From an uncultured Chitinophagales bacterium (lineage in GTDB: Bacteria > Bacteroidota > Bacteroidia > Chitinophagales > JADIYW01), in the NCBI GenBank assembly GCA_964642875.1, contig CAZXRF010000003.1, positions 554 to 64,553 of the forward strand: a stretch of 64,000 nucleotides of DNA, in the 5' to 3' direction. Both the position numbers and the translations under genes were made by a program. Positions 38,460 to 47,828 of this stretch are shown here, piece by piece. The notes below the pieces were generated by a model, which ran no database searches, had not been told where the DNA came from, and saw only the letters and a program-made list of their open reading frames with translations. Positions within the stretch are counted from its first letter, which is position 1; each line of letters starts with the position of its first letter.

Positions 38460-38638
38460 GTTGTTGGTTTAATAGAATTGATGCAATAGGTTTTACCTAC
38501 TCATAAAAATAAAAATAAATAAGGAGAAATCCCTTTTCAAAGGTGATTTTGTGCCTAACTGCATCTTTTTAAAATAAATTTTATTTTTTTTATGGAATTG
38601 ACCTGTTTTTTGTATCTCAATGGTAAAAAGAAACATTT

Positions 38639-40174
38639 ATGCTGGTTAAGACATTTGGGAGTGCTGTTTATGGGGTAGATGCTGCTACGATTACAGTAGA
38701 GGTAAATGTTTGTCAAGGGCAGCATTATTTTATGGTAGGCTTGCCGGATAATGCGGTAAAAGAAAGCTGGAGTAGAGTGGAAAGTGCCTTACGGGTTAAT
38801 AAATACCACATGCCAAGAACAAGAATAATTGTGAACCTCGCACCAGCAGATATTAGGAAAGAAGGTTCTGCTTATGATTTGCCTATTGCAATAGGTGTAC
38901 TTGCAGCCTCTGAACAGATTTCAGCATCTATGTTGGAAAAATATATTATTATGGGTGAACTTTCTTTAGATGGAAATTTACAACCTATAAAGGGAGCGTT
39001 GCCCATTGCTATTCAAGCACAGAAAGATGGCTTTGAGGGATTTATATTACCCAAACAAAATGCACGAGAAGCTGCCATCGTCGAAGGGTTAAAAGTTTAC
39101 GGTGTAGAACATATTGATGAAGTTGTAGAGTTTTTATCGGGTACTAGAACATTAGAAACAACAGTAATAAATGCAAGTGAAGAGTTTTCTACATATCCAG
39201 AAAATTCAATATTTGATTTTTCAGATGTGAAAGGGCAAGAAAATATAAAAAGAGCTTTAGAAATTGCAGCAGCAGGTGGTCATAATGTTATTTTGATAGG
39301 ACCACCCGGAGCAGGTAAAACGATGCTAGCCAAAAGAATGCCTACAATACTTCCACCATTGTCACTAGAAGAAGCATTGGAAACTACAAAAATCCATTCG
39401 GTGGCAGGTAAATTAAGACGGAATTCATCGCTATTGTATCAACGCCCATTTCGCTCACCGCACCATACGGTATCGAATGCGGCACTAGTAGGTGGAGGCA
39501 GCAATCCGCAGCCCGGTGAAATATCGCTAGCACATAATGGGGTACTGTTTTTAGATGAATTGCCCGAATTTAAAAGAGATGTGTTGGAGGTGATGCGCCA
39601 GCCGATGGAAGAACGAAAAGTAAATATTTCGAGAACCCGTTTTTCTATTGATTATCCAGCCAATTTTATGCTGGTGGCAAGCATGAATCCTTGTCCGTGT
39701 GGATATTACAATCATCCTGAAAAAGATTGTGTCTGCGGCCCGGGAGTAGTACATAAATATTTGAATAAAATTTCTGGACCCTTGTTAGATAGAATTGATT
39801 TACATGTAGAAGTTACCCCCGTAAAATTAGAAGATTTATCGTCTAAACAATTAGCTGAAAAAAGCAGTGAAATCCGTAAGCGAGTAATAGAAGCACGTAA
39901 TCTTCAAGTAGGTAGGTTTAAAGAACAAGATATTCACTGTAATGCACAAATGACCACCAAGCAAACAAGAGAATCCTGCCAATTAGATGCGGCATCGCAA
40001 CAGCTTTTAAATACAGCAATGAAGCGTTTAGGGCTTTCTGCACGAGCGTATGAGCGCATCATCAGAGTGGCGCGTACTATTGCAGATTTAGAAAAAAGTG
40101 AAGATATAAAAACCGAACATTTAGCAGAGGCTATTCAGTTTAGGAGTTTGGATAGGGAGAGTTGGGCTGCTTGA
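38639..40174 (+). CDS. YifB/ComM-family Mg-chelatase-like AAA+ ATPase
   Basis: 511 aa with an N-terminal Lon-S16-like domain, Walker A GPPGAGKTM and a C-terminal Mg_chelatase_C-like helix bundle. Confidence 0.9.
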   Translation: MLVKTFGSAVYGVDAATITVEVNVCQGQHYFMVGLPDNAVKESWSRVESALRVNKYHMPRTRIIVNLAPADIRKEGSAYDLPIAIGVLAASEQISASMLEKYIIMGELSLDGNLQPIKGALPIAIQAQKDGFEGFILPKQNAREAAIVEGLKVYGVEHIDEVVEFLSGTRTLETTVINASEEFSTYPENSIFDFSDVKGQENIKRALEIAAAGGHNVILIGPPGAGKTMLAKRMPTILPPLSLEEALETTKIHSVAGKLRRNSSLLYQRPFRSPHHTVSNAALVGGGSNPQPGEISLAHNGVLFLDELPEFKRDVLEVMRQPMEERKVNISRTRFSIDYPANFMLVASMNPCPCGYYNHPEKDCVCGPGVVHKYLNKISGPLLDRIDLHVEVTPVKLEDLSSKQLAEKSSEIRKRVIEARNLQVGRFKEQDIHCNAQMTTKQTRESCQLDAASQQLLNTAMKRLGLSARAYERIIRVARTIADLEKSEDIKTEHLAEAIQFRSLDRESWAA

Positions 40175-40385
40175 TAATTGTATCAAATAATACATATTAT
40201 TATTCGATATATAAATAATTATTTTGAATATTATCATGCAACCTTATATTAAAAATACGGGTTTGTTTGAAAGTAAAATTGTTGAAAATATAGAATGTTG
40301 TCTTCGTAGCTAATAAAGTCAACATTTAAAAAAGATTACAGCTTCTCTGTAGTCTATTATGTGCTTTGCATGTTTAGTTCGCTGG

Positions 40386-40418
40386 GGCTGTCCACTATTC
40401 GGACAGCCTCAGTTTTTT
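40386..40418 (+). terminator. Rho-independent terminator
   Basis: GGCTGTCC-ACTATTC-GGACAGCC followed by TCAG-TTTTTT. It lies inside the spurious N-terminal extension of the 40359 ORF. Confidence 0.7.
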
Positions 40419-40473
40419 AGGCTTAATCAACATACGTTGAGTAAATACAGTAATTCTGTAATTCAGCGAATTG

Positions 40474-40481
40474 TATTTTTG
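40474..40481 (+). promoter_or_regulatory. -7 box TATTTTTG upstream of the arginase-fold gene
   Basis: Exact TAnnTTTG match, 15 nt upstream of the ATG at 40497. Confidence 0.35.
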
Positions 40482-40496
40482 TTTAAAAGCAAACGT

Positions 40497-41639
40497 ATGT
40501 TGAGAGATTTCTTGCAACCCATAAACAGTCAATTTTTAGCAGATTACTATTTAACCAATAAATATGCAAAAGACTATATTCACTTACATCAAGATGTGCA
40601 TACATTAGATGGTTACCAAGTGGCGATACTAGGTGTAGAAGATTATCGTGGATATATTTCTAATAAAGGCACTGAAAATGCGGCAGTAGAAGTACGTAAA
40701 CATTTATATCAGTTTGGTGCTTTCACCAATGGCATACAATTATTGGATTTGGGAAATATAAAAGCCGGAGAAACGTATGTGGACACGTTAGTGGCTTTAG
40801 TTGAAACCTTACATGTATTATTTAAACATAATATTATAACAATAATAATCGGCGGTGATGCTGCACTGGCATCCGCTCAATTTAAGGCATACGAAATTTT
40901 TGAAAATCCAATTTCTGTATCACATATAGCATCAAAAGTAGTTTGGGAAAATAGTGATATGGATATTCATAAAACGTATCTGAAAGACTTTTTTCTAAGC
41001 GAATTTTTGAAGAAATATACTTTGGTGGCTTATCAGTCCTATTTTTTGCAAGAAAAACAACTATCGTTTTTGAGTAGTAAAGACCATGATCTCTTGCGTG
41101 TAGGAAAAATTAGGGAGCACGTATTTGAAGCAGAACCTTATTTGCGCGAAGCAGCAATGGTGATGTATGATATAAATGCGATTCGATATTCCGATGCACC
41201 AGGACAGCCCGAGCCGTCGCCCAATGGATTGTTTGGTGATGAAGCTTGTGCATTAGCTCGCTACTCTGGAATGAGTGATCAATTGATGAGTATAGGAATT
41301 TACGATTTTAATCCGGCATTAGATAAGAGTGAAGTAACTGCAAAACAAGTAGCGCAAATGGTTTGGTATTTTATGGAAGGTGTAAGTTTAAGACGACATG
41401 ACTATCCCATTGTAAACGAAAATGATTTTAATATTTATATGGTGCAAATTGATGATGCTGAGAATGACTTTGTGTTTATGAAAAGCAGAAAAAGCGACCG
41501 TTGGTGGATGAAAATTATGTACGATAAGAATGATTTACAAAAACATAAATTAATCCCATGTACTTATAAAGATTACCTGACGGCATTGAATAATGAAATT
41601 CCCGAACGTTGGATGCGTGAATGGATGCGGTTGGTTTAG
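40497..41639 (+). CDS. Arginase/formiminoglutamase-fold protein with degenerate metal-site motifs
   Basis: Family-like layout (AILGVEDYRG..., IIIGGDAALA, YDINAIRYSDAPG) but GGDHS reads GGDAA. Start moved to the ATG after the terminator. Confidence 0.55.
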   Translation: MLRDFLQPINSQFLADYYLTNKYAKDYIHLHQDVHTLDGYQVAILGVEDYRGYISNKGTENAAVEVRKHLYQFGAFTNGIQLLDLGNIKAGETYVDTLVALVETLHVLFKHNIITIIIGGDAALASAQFKAYEIFENPISVSHIASKVVWENSDMDIHKTYLKDFFLSEFLKKYTLVAYQSYFLQEKQLSFLSSKDHDLLRVGKIREHVFEAEPYLREAAMVMYDINAIRYSDAPGQPEPSPNGLFGDEACALARYSGMSDQLMSIGIYDFNPALDKSEVTAKQVAQMVWYFMEGVSLRRHDYPIVNENDFNIYMVQIDDAENDFVFMKSRKSDRWWMKIMYDKNDLQKHKLIPCTYKDYLTALNNEIPERWMREWMRLV

Positions 41640-41803
41640 TTTGTCTTCCACTTCGTTACTTATATTCATATAATAAATGCAACTTTTGACCGAATAAAAT
41701 GTAAAAACGGTATTAGACGTTAATTTCAGTTAACTTAGTTAACATTTTTAAACTTATTACGTTATTTCTTTTCTAAAAGTACCTTATAGTATAATACAAC
41801 AAT

Positions 41804-44788
41804 ATGAATAGATTTTTATTGCTCACAATGTTTTTCTTTAATTTTATTATCTGTGCTATTGCACAAATAAATGTAGATTCTTTTGTGCAAAATCGAGTAG
41901 TAGATTCATTGCCATTAATTAAAGGTATTACAGTTTTAAATTCAGCTAAAGGTAGTCAGCAGCGCAATAAATTGTTTTCTATTTCCGGAAAAATTATTGA
42001 CGCAAAAGATAGTTCACCGCTTATTGGTGTAAATATTTTATTAACTAATACAAAAGATTCTACCAAAACCTTTGGCGTATCTACAGATATGGATGGCAAG
42101 TTTGCTATTTCTTCTATAGATTCAGGCGAATATATTTTGGACATAAGTTATATCAGTTACAAAACAATATTGAAAAAGATTTTAGTAAATGAGCATATTC
42201 AATGGAAAGATATTTCACTGACGGAAGAAAGTAAATTGCTAAAAGAAGTCATTATTCAAGATAAACAAATTCGCGTTCAACAGCTTGGTGATACCTCACA
42301 GTTTAATGCAGCCGCATTTAAAGCTAATAAAGATGCTACCACCGAAGATTTATTGACCAAAATGCCAGGCATAACATCGGATAATGGCACATTGAAAATA
42401 AATGGAGAGCAAGTACAAAAAGTATTAGTAGATGGAAAACCATTTTTTGGCGATGACCCACGAACCACAGTGCAGAATCTTCCGGCAGATGTAATTGATA
42501 AGGTACAGGTTTTTGATAAACTAAGCGACCAGTCTGCATTCACTGGTTTTGATGATGGGAACAGTCAGAAAACAATAAATATTATTACTAAAAAAGGAAT
42601 GAACAATGCAAGATTTGGAAAAATTTATGCAGGCTACGGCGGTCCAAATAATCGCTATAATGCAGGTGTGAATTTCAGTACGTTTAAAGGTGATAGACGA
42701 TTTACAGTTTTGGCAATGAGCAATAATATAAACCAACAGAATTTTAATATTCAAGATTTATTGGGCGCAACAGGACAGGGTTCTACTTCCGGAAATACAG
42801 GCGGTGGCGGTCGTGGCGGTATGATGAGGAGTATATCTAATTTTTTGATAGGACAACAAAATGGTATTGCAACAACAACTGCATTAGGCTTGAATTATGC
42901 TGATAAATGGGGGAAAAAGAAAAAAGTAACAGCATCAGGTTCTTACTTTTTTAATGGTACTAAAAACGTAAACTCCAGTACAAGTGTCAGAAATTACATC
43001 GCTTCAAATGATAGTGGAATGGTGTATAATGAATTTAAAGCCATTAATAATAAGAATTTTAATAACCGACTTAATTTTAGAATTGAATATGCTATTGATT
43101 CCAATAATACTTTGATATTTATCCCAAGTTTAAGTACGCAAAATTATATTTCTAATGCTGCTTTAGAGGCTAGGAATACACGATTTGGCGAATCTATAGA
43201 AAGTGCAACAAAAAACAATCAATCTGCTAATCAATTTGGAATAAATTTTTCAAATGACGTTTTATTCCAACATAAATTTTATAAAAAAGGAAGAACATTA
43301 TCTATCGATTTAACAACAGCTGTAAATACAAAAAACGTATCTGGAAGTTTGCAAACTTATAATTCTTATAATAATGATACACTACTTGTAAATGATTCTA
43401 TTCACCAGCAATCAAAAGTAAAAACAGTAGGATATACCATGGGAAGTAATATTGTATATACAGAACCGATAAAAAAATACGGACAGATTTCCATTTCTTA
43501 TTCTCCTTCGTTTACAAAAACAAATTCTTTAAAAAATACAAATAACTACGATGCAATTACAGGTTTGTACACAATACCCGATACTGCATTAACCAACGAA
43601 TTTGATAATTATTATTTGACCAATAAAATCGGATTTGCCTACAGATTTAATAATCAGAAATTAAATTGGAGTGTAGGTGTTAATGGGCAAGATGCCTTAT
43701 TACAAAGCAATCAGCTTGCCCCCAAAACAGTTTTTGTGAAGAAGAATTTCATTTCTATTTTACCCTATGTTGATTTGAAATATAAAATTTCTAAAACAGA
43801 AAGTCTGAATTTCTTTTATCGCACTTCTACCAATTCACCGTCTATTTCGCAATTGCAAAATGTAATAGATAATAGCAATTCATTGATTTTATCTTCTGGA
43901 AATCCGTCTTTGTCGCAAAGCAATTCTCATTCAGTAGGGTTGCGATACAATAGAGCCAATACCACTAAAGCGACCAATTTATTTTTGTTTGCTAATGCAG
44001 TAAATACATTGGATTATATTGCAAATTCTACTTCAATATTTAATAGAGATACTACCGTAAATGGAATTTTCGCACCTTCGGGTACGCAGTATATTCAGCC
44101 GGTAAACTTAAATGGGTATTGGAATGTTCGTACATTTATCACCTTCGGATTTCCGGTAAGCAAACTAAAAAGTAATATGAATGTAAATGGTGGAATGGTG
44201 TACACTAGAACACCGGCATTGATAAATAATATTCGCAATAACGCCAATGCTTATTCAATGTATGCAGGTATTACATGGAGCAGTAATATTAGTCAAAAAA
44301 TCGATTTTACTATTTCGTACAATGCAACTTATTCATTGGTGAGAAATTCATTGCAACGCCAAAATAATTCCAATTATTTTAGTCATACAGCATTTGCAAA
44401 ATTGAATTACCAGTTTTGGAAAGGATTTGTTTTTAATACATCTATAAGCAATATCTTGAACACAGGAGGTTCTAAAACGTATAACGCCAGTTATTGGTTG
44501 ATGAATCTTTCTTTGGCGTATAAATTCCTGAAAGACCAAAGTTTGGAAGTGAAATTTAGTGCCAATGATATTTTAAATCAAAATAAAAATATTGTTAGAA
44601 ACGTAACTGAAATATACACAGAAGATGTTCGCTCTACGGCATTGCGTCGATATTTTATGGGAACAATTACCTATACCTTTAAGAAGGTTGCAACCAGTGG
44701 AAATAAATCTGTTGGGGATACTCCTAAAGATTTTATGATACCACCATCGATGATGCACCATAATATGCAGCCAACGCCACGACTGTAA
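41804..44788 (+). CDS. TonB-dependent-receptor-like outer membrane protein with N-terminal CarboxypepD_reg domain
   Basis: 994 aa with a signal peptide, SGKIIDAKDSSPLIGVNILL...DMDGKFAI (carboxypeptidase-regulatory-like), a plug-like segment, a Gly-rich loop and a long beta-barrel pattern. Confidence 0.75.
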   Translation: MNRFLLLTMFFFNFIICAIAQINVDSFVQNRVVDSLPLIKGITVLNSAKGSQQRNKLFSISGKIIDAKDSSPLIGVNILLTNTKDSTKTFGVSTDMDGKFAISSIDSGEYILDISYISYKTILKKILVNEHIQWKDISLTEESKLLKEVIIQDKQIRVQQLGDTSQFNAAAFKANKDATTEDLLTKMPGITSDNGTLKINGEQVQKVLVDGKPFFGDDPRTTVQNLPADVIDKVQVFDKLSDQSAFTGFDDGNSQKTINIITKKGMNNARFGKIYAGYGGPNNRYNAGVNFSTFKGDRRFTVLAMSNNINQQNFNIQDLLGATGQGSTSGNTGGGGRGGMMRSISNFLIGQQNGIATTTALGLNYADKWGKKKKVTASGSYFFNGTKNVNSSTSVRNYIASNDSGMVYNEFKAINNKNFNNRLNFRIEYAIDSNNTLIFIPSLSTQNYISNAALEARNTRFGESIESATKNNQSANQFGINFSNDVLFQHKFYKKGRTLSIDLTTAVNTKNVSGSLQTYNSYNNDTLLVNDSIHQQSKVKTVGYTMGSNIVYTEPIKKYGQISISYSPSFTKTNSLKNTNNYDAITGLYTIPDTALTNEFDNYYLTNKIGFAYRFNNQKLNWSVGVNGQDALLQSNQLAPKTVFVKKNFISILPYVDLKYKISKTESLNFFYRTSTNSPSISQLQNVIDNSNSLILSSGNPSLSQSNSHSVGLRYNRANTTKATNLFLFANAVNTLDYIANSTSIFNRDTTVNGIFAPSGTQYIQPVNLNGYWNVRTFITFGFPVSKLKSNMNVNGGMVYTRTPALINNIRNNANAYSMYAGITWSSNISQKIDFTISYNATYSLVRNSLQRQNNSNYFSHTAFAKLNYQFWKGFVFNTSISNILNTGGSKTYNASYWLMNLSLAYKFLKDQSLEVKFSANDILNQNKNIVRNVTEIYTEDVRSTALRRYFMGTITYTFKKVATSGNKSVGDTPKDFMIPPSMMHHNMQPTPRL

Positions 44789-44789
44789 A

Positions 44790-46073
44790 TTAGGAAATAA
44801 TAAGTTCCATTTTCATACCCCGCGAGCCTTTTAAAAGTAGGGTTGCTTCGTTCATATTTTGTTGCTGAAACCATTCCTTTGCTGCAATAGTATCTGTGAA
44901 TTTTAAAACATAAGATGGAGTTGTTGTTTGCATAAATGCGTTACCTACTAATACTATTGTTTCAAAATTTAATTGAGTACATAAATCCGCAATAAATTGA
45001 TGTTCTTTCATAGCATCGTCGCCCAATTCAAACATATCACCAAGTAGTACAATTTTTCTTTCTGCGTCTGATTTTGCAAAACTCTCTAATGCATGTTGCA
45101 TACTTGTAGGATTAGCATTGTAGGCATCTAAAATCAAGTGATATCCGTTTTTTTCAATCATCTGCGAACGTGCATTAGTAGGTTTGTATGCCTCAATAGC
45201 ATTTTTTATAGCTGTTACTGTTACACCAAAATATTTCCCAACAGCAATGGCACACATGATATTGCTATAGTTATAACTTCCAAATAAATTGGAGTTAATT
45301 TCTATGTCTTCGAATAATATTTTTAAAAACGGATTCTCTACAAGTATTTTGCTGCTGTAATCACACGAATTATTTTTTCCATACTTTACCGACGCCGTGA
45401 TGCTTTTTTCCTTTATCATATCTAATAAAATAGCGTCATCACCATTTACAAATACGGTGCCTTGGTGTTGTTTTAGATAATCATAGAGTTCTCCTTTCCC
45501 ATTTCTAATTCCCTGCGTTCCACCAAACCCTTCCAAATGTGCTTTGCCGCAATTGGTGATAATACCATGTGTAGGCTCTACGTATTTGCAGTAGCTTTCA
45601 ATTTCTTTTTGATGATTTGCACCCATTTCTATTACAGCTATTTCGGTGTCTTTTTCCATTTCCAATAATGTAATTGGTATGCCAATATGGTTGTTTAGAT
45701 TTCCTTTGGTGTAATGAGTTTTAAAGGTGGTCGCTAATACAGCATGTACTAATTCTTTGGTAGTCGTTTTTCCGTTTGAGCCCGTGATGGCTATTATTGC
45801 TTTTGGTTTTATTTGTATAATGTGGTAATGCGCCAACGCTTGCAGTGTTTGCAATACATTTTCTACTAAAATATGTTGCTGACTTTGTTGGTATTCTACC
45901 TCGTCTATAATGGCAAATGCTGCACCTTGTTCAATTGCTGATTGGGCAAATTTATTACCGTTAAATTTATCGCCTTTTAGTGCAAAATAAATTTGATTGT
46001 CCGCAATTTTTCGGCTATCAGTCGTTATTCCATTGGAGGATAAAAATAATTTGTAAAGTTCAGTAATTTCCAT
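44790..46073 (-). CDS. murF: UDP-N-acetylmuramoyl-tripeptide--D-alanyl-D-alanine ligase
   Basis: 427 aa with Mur ligase P-loop ITGSNGKTTTKE and the typical MurF N- and C-terminal domains. Confidence 0.9.
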   Translation of the reverse strand: MEITELYKLFLSSNGITTDSRKIADNQIYFALKGDKFNGNKFAQSAIEQGAAFAIIDEVEYQQSQQHILVENVLQTLQALAHYHIIQIKPKAIIAITGSNGKTTTKELVHAVLATTFKTHYTKGNLNNHIGIPITLLEMEKDTEIAVIEMGANHQKEIESYCKYVEPTHGIITNCGKAHLEGFGGTQGIRNGKGELYDYLKQHQGTVFVNGDDAILLDMIKEKSITASVKYGKNNSCDYSSKILVENPFLKILFEDIEINSNLFGSYNYSNIMCAIAVGKYFGVTVTAIKNAIEAYKPTNARSQMIEKNGYHLILDAYNANPTSMQHALESFAKSDAERKIVLLGDMFELGDDAMKEHQFIADLCTQLNFETIVLVGNAFMQTTTPSYVLKFTDTIAAKEWFQQQNMNEATLLLKGSRGMKMELIIS

Positions 46074-46084
46074 TGCCCAAAAAT

Positions 46085-46116
46085 AAAAAAGTCCTGAGTT
46101 TTATCTCAGGACTTTT
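46085..46116 (-). terminator. Rho-independent terminator downstream of gldJ
   Basis: Perfect hairpin AAAAAGTCCTGAG / CTCAGGACTTTTT, with a U-run on the minus-strand transcript. Confidence 0.75.
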
Positions 46117-46135
46117 TATATACAGTTGTTATCTG

Positions 46136-47641
46136 TTACTTATATTTTCTAGATTTTTGGTTTTTAGAGATGGTTTTGTTCATTTCACCAAATCCTTTTC
46201 CGCCAAATCTGTTACCATCAGGTGAGCCTACACGAACCATTGCACAACGGAACCCGATGTCGTCAGAAGATTGGTCTTCATTTAGGAATCTTCTAGTACC
46301 TGGAGATAAGAAATATCCTCTATCTCTCCAAGAACCACCTTTATAAACTCTAGCTTTGTTGTTTACTAATGTAGAAACTCCGTATTGGTATTCCACTTGT
46401 GAGGAAGAGTCGCCATCATTATAGTCAATAGCGTAAGATTTTCTGTAATTTCTTCTGTTGCTCAAGTCGCCATCATCTTCACGAACATATTTTACTCTAC
46501 CCATACTGTCAAGTCCACCGTCAAAATCAGGTTTCATAAATACATTACCACGATAAGAGTTTAAATCATCAGCATCTGCTTCCGTCATTGGGCGATAAAC
46601 GTCTTGTGTCCATTCGTTTACGTTTCCAGCCATATTGAATAAGCCAAAGTCATTCGGGAAGTTAGCGTGTACATCAGAGGTGATTTCTGCGTTGTCATTC
46701 AAAGCACCAGCAACCCCCATGTAGTCACCACGTCCTCTCATAAAGTTAGCCATGAAATCTCCTTGGTTTTTATTGTGTCTTTGGTAACGGAAAGTCGCTC
46801 CATCCCAAGGGTAAATTCGTCTGTCAGTTACTACTTCTTCACCTGGCATTGGCATATTTCCTCTCAAACCAAGAGCAGCATATTCCCATTCAGCTTCTGT
46901 TGGAAGTCTGTAATCTGGTAATAAGATGCCATCTTTTAAGTTTACATTTCTTTTTCCAGAACCATTAGGATTTAAGTCTTCTTTTTGTTTTTTAGTTGCT
47001 CCTTGGTATAAACCTACTGCGTAAGCTTCTGTATTGAAGTTGTCTTCATTTTTTTGGTTAGTATTTAAATCTAAATAACCTTCTTTTACCAAAATCATTT
47101 CATTTACGCGATCAGTACGCCATTTGCAATATTCAGAAGCTTGCAACCAATTCACTCCTACAACTGGATATGTATTGTAAGCTGGGTGAGTAAAGTAATA
47201 TTTTACATAAGGTTCGTTAAATGCTAAATTTCTTCTCCAGCACATAGAGTCTGGTTTTGCATTTTTTACAAATTCAGGGTGGTCTGTGCCAAATACACGG
47301 TCTAACCAATAAACATATTCATTGTAGTCTAAGTTGGTTACCTCTGTCTCATCCATATAAAAAGAGGATACTGTCACACGTCTTTGTATGTTGTTATTTT
47401 CATACAATAAGTCATCTTCTGTTGCACCCATTGCAAATGTTCCACCTTCAACTAATACTAAGTTAGGTCCGGTGATTTGCTGTGTGTTGGGAGATTTTTC
47501 AAATCCACCCCATTTTTTGTCATTGTAATTCCATCCCGTTGTAGAAGAAGCACCTCCGCCTTTTCCACCTTTACAACTAACGGCAAACATACCTACAGCT
47601 ATTGTCAGGTATAAGACATTTCTCATTCTTTTATAGGTCAT
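46136..47641 (-). CDS. gldJ: Gliding motility lipoprotein GldJ (FGE/SUMF1-like domain)
   Basis: Lipobox AVSC and FGE-family motifs (RLPTEAEWEYAA, GGSWRD). Stands alone next to murF and divergent from porU-porV, as in Flavobacterium johnsoniae. A GldK paralog would be followed by gldLMN. Confidence 0.75.
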   Translation of the reverse strand: MTYKRMRNVLYLTIAVGMFAVSCKGGKGGGASSTTGWNYNDKKWGGFEKSPNTQQITGPNLVLVEGGTFAMGATEDDLLYENNNIQRRVTVSSFYMDETEVTNLDYNEYVYWLDRVFGTDHPEFVKNAKPDSMCWRRNLAFNEPYVKYYFTHPAYNTYPVVGVNWLQASEYCKWRTDRVNEMILVKEGYLDLNTNQKNEDNFNTEAYAVGLYQGATKKQKEDLNPNGSGKRNVNLKDGILLPDYRLPTEAEWEYAALGLRGNMPMPGEEVVTDRRIYPWDGATFRYQRHNKNQGDFMANFMRGRGDYMGVAGALNDNAEITSDVHANFPNDFGLFNMAGNVNEWTQDVYRPMTEADADDLNSYRGNVFMKPDFDGGLDSMGRVKYVREDDGDLSNRRNYRKSYAIDYNDGDSSSQVEYQYGVSTLVNNKARVYKGGSWRDRGYFLSPGTRRFLNEDQSSDDIGFRCAMVRVGSPDGNRFGGKGFGEMNKTISKNQKSRKYK

Positions 47642-47667
47642 TATTTCGGCTTTTTAAAAAATTATTT

Positions 47668-47697
47668 CAAAGATAGCGCATTTTAATTAATCTGCAA
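47668..47697 (-). promoter_or_regulatory. gldJ promoter (-33 TTG, 19-nt spacer, -7 TATCTTTG)
   Basis: Minus strand reads TTG-cagattaattaaaatgcgc-TATCTTTG, a full match to the Bacteroidota consensus, 26 nt upstream of the ATG. Confidence 0.5.
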
Positions 47698-47811
47698 AAT
47701 ATTTCGACTAACTTTATCAACGTAAAATGTGGCTATTTATTATCTTTTTAAGTTATAATTGCATAAATTACGATTAAATACGTTCCTGATTTGGAGAAAC
47801 TAACATTAAAT

Positions 47812-47819
47812 TAACTTTG
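47812..47819 (+). promoter_or_regulatory. -7 box TAACTTTG upstream of porU
   Basis: Exact TAnnTTTG match, 9 nt upstream of the ATG at 47829. Confidence 0.4.
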
Positions 47820-47828
47820 ACAACAAGA

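Noticed and set aside
40359-40496. 46-aa N-terminal extension of the arginase-fold ORF
   Set aside because: It contains a strong rho-independent terminator hairpin and a downstream -7 box. The ATG at 40497 gives a sensible N-terminus.
41740-41760. Direct repeat AGTTAAC-TT-AGTTAAC upstream of the 994-aa barrel gene
   Set aside because: It is only a 7-bp duplication in an AT-rich spacer, with no partner regulator nearby and insufficient evidence.
42770-42830. Gly-rich run (GNTGGGGRGGMM) in the 994-aa barrel protein, considered as a repeat or insertion
   Set aside because: It is a short low-complexity loop within an intact ORF, with no DNA-level tandem repeat beyond GGYGG codon bias.
46074-46085. 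Possible -7 box immediately upstream of murF (TATTTTGG)
   Set aside because: It is one base short of the TAnnTTTG register and overlaps the gldJ terminator tail. It is too weak to call.
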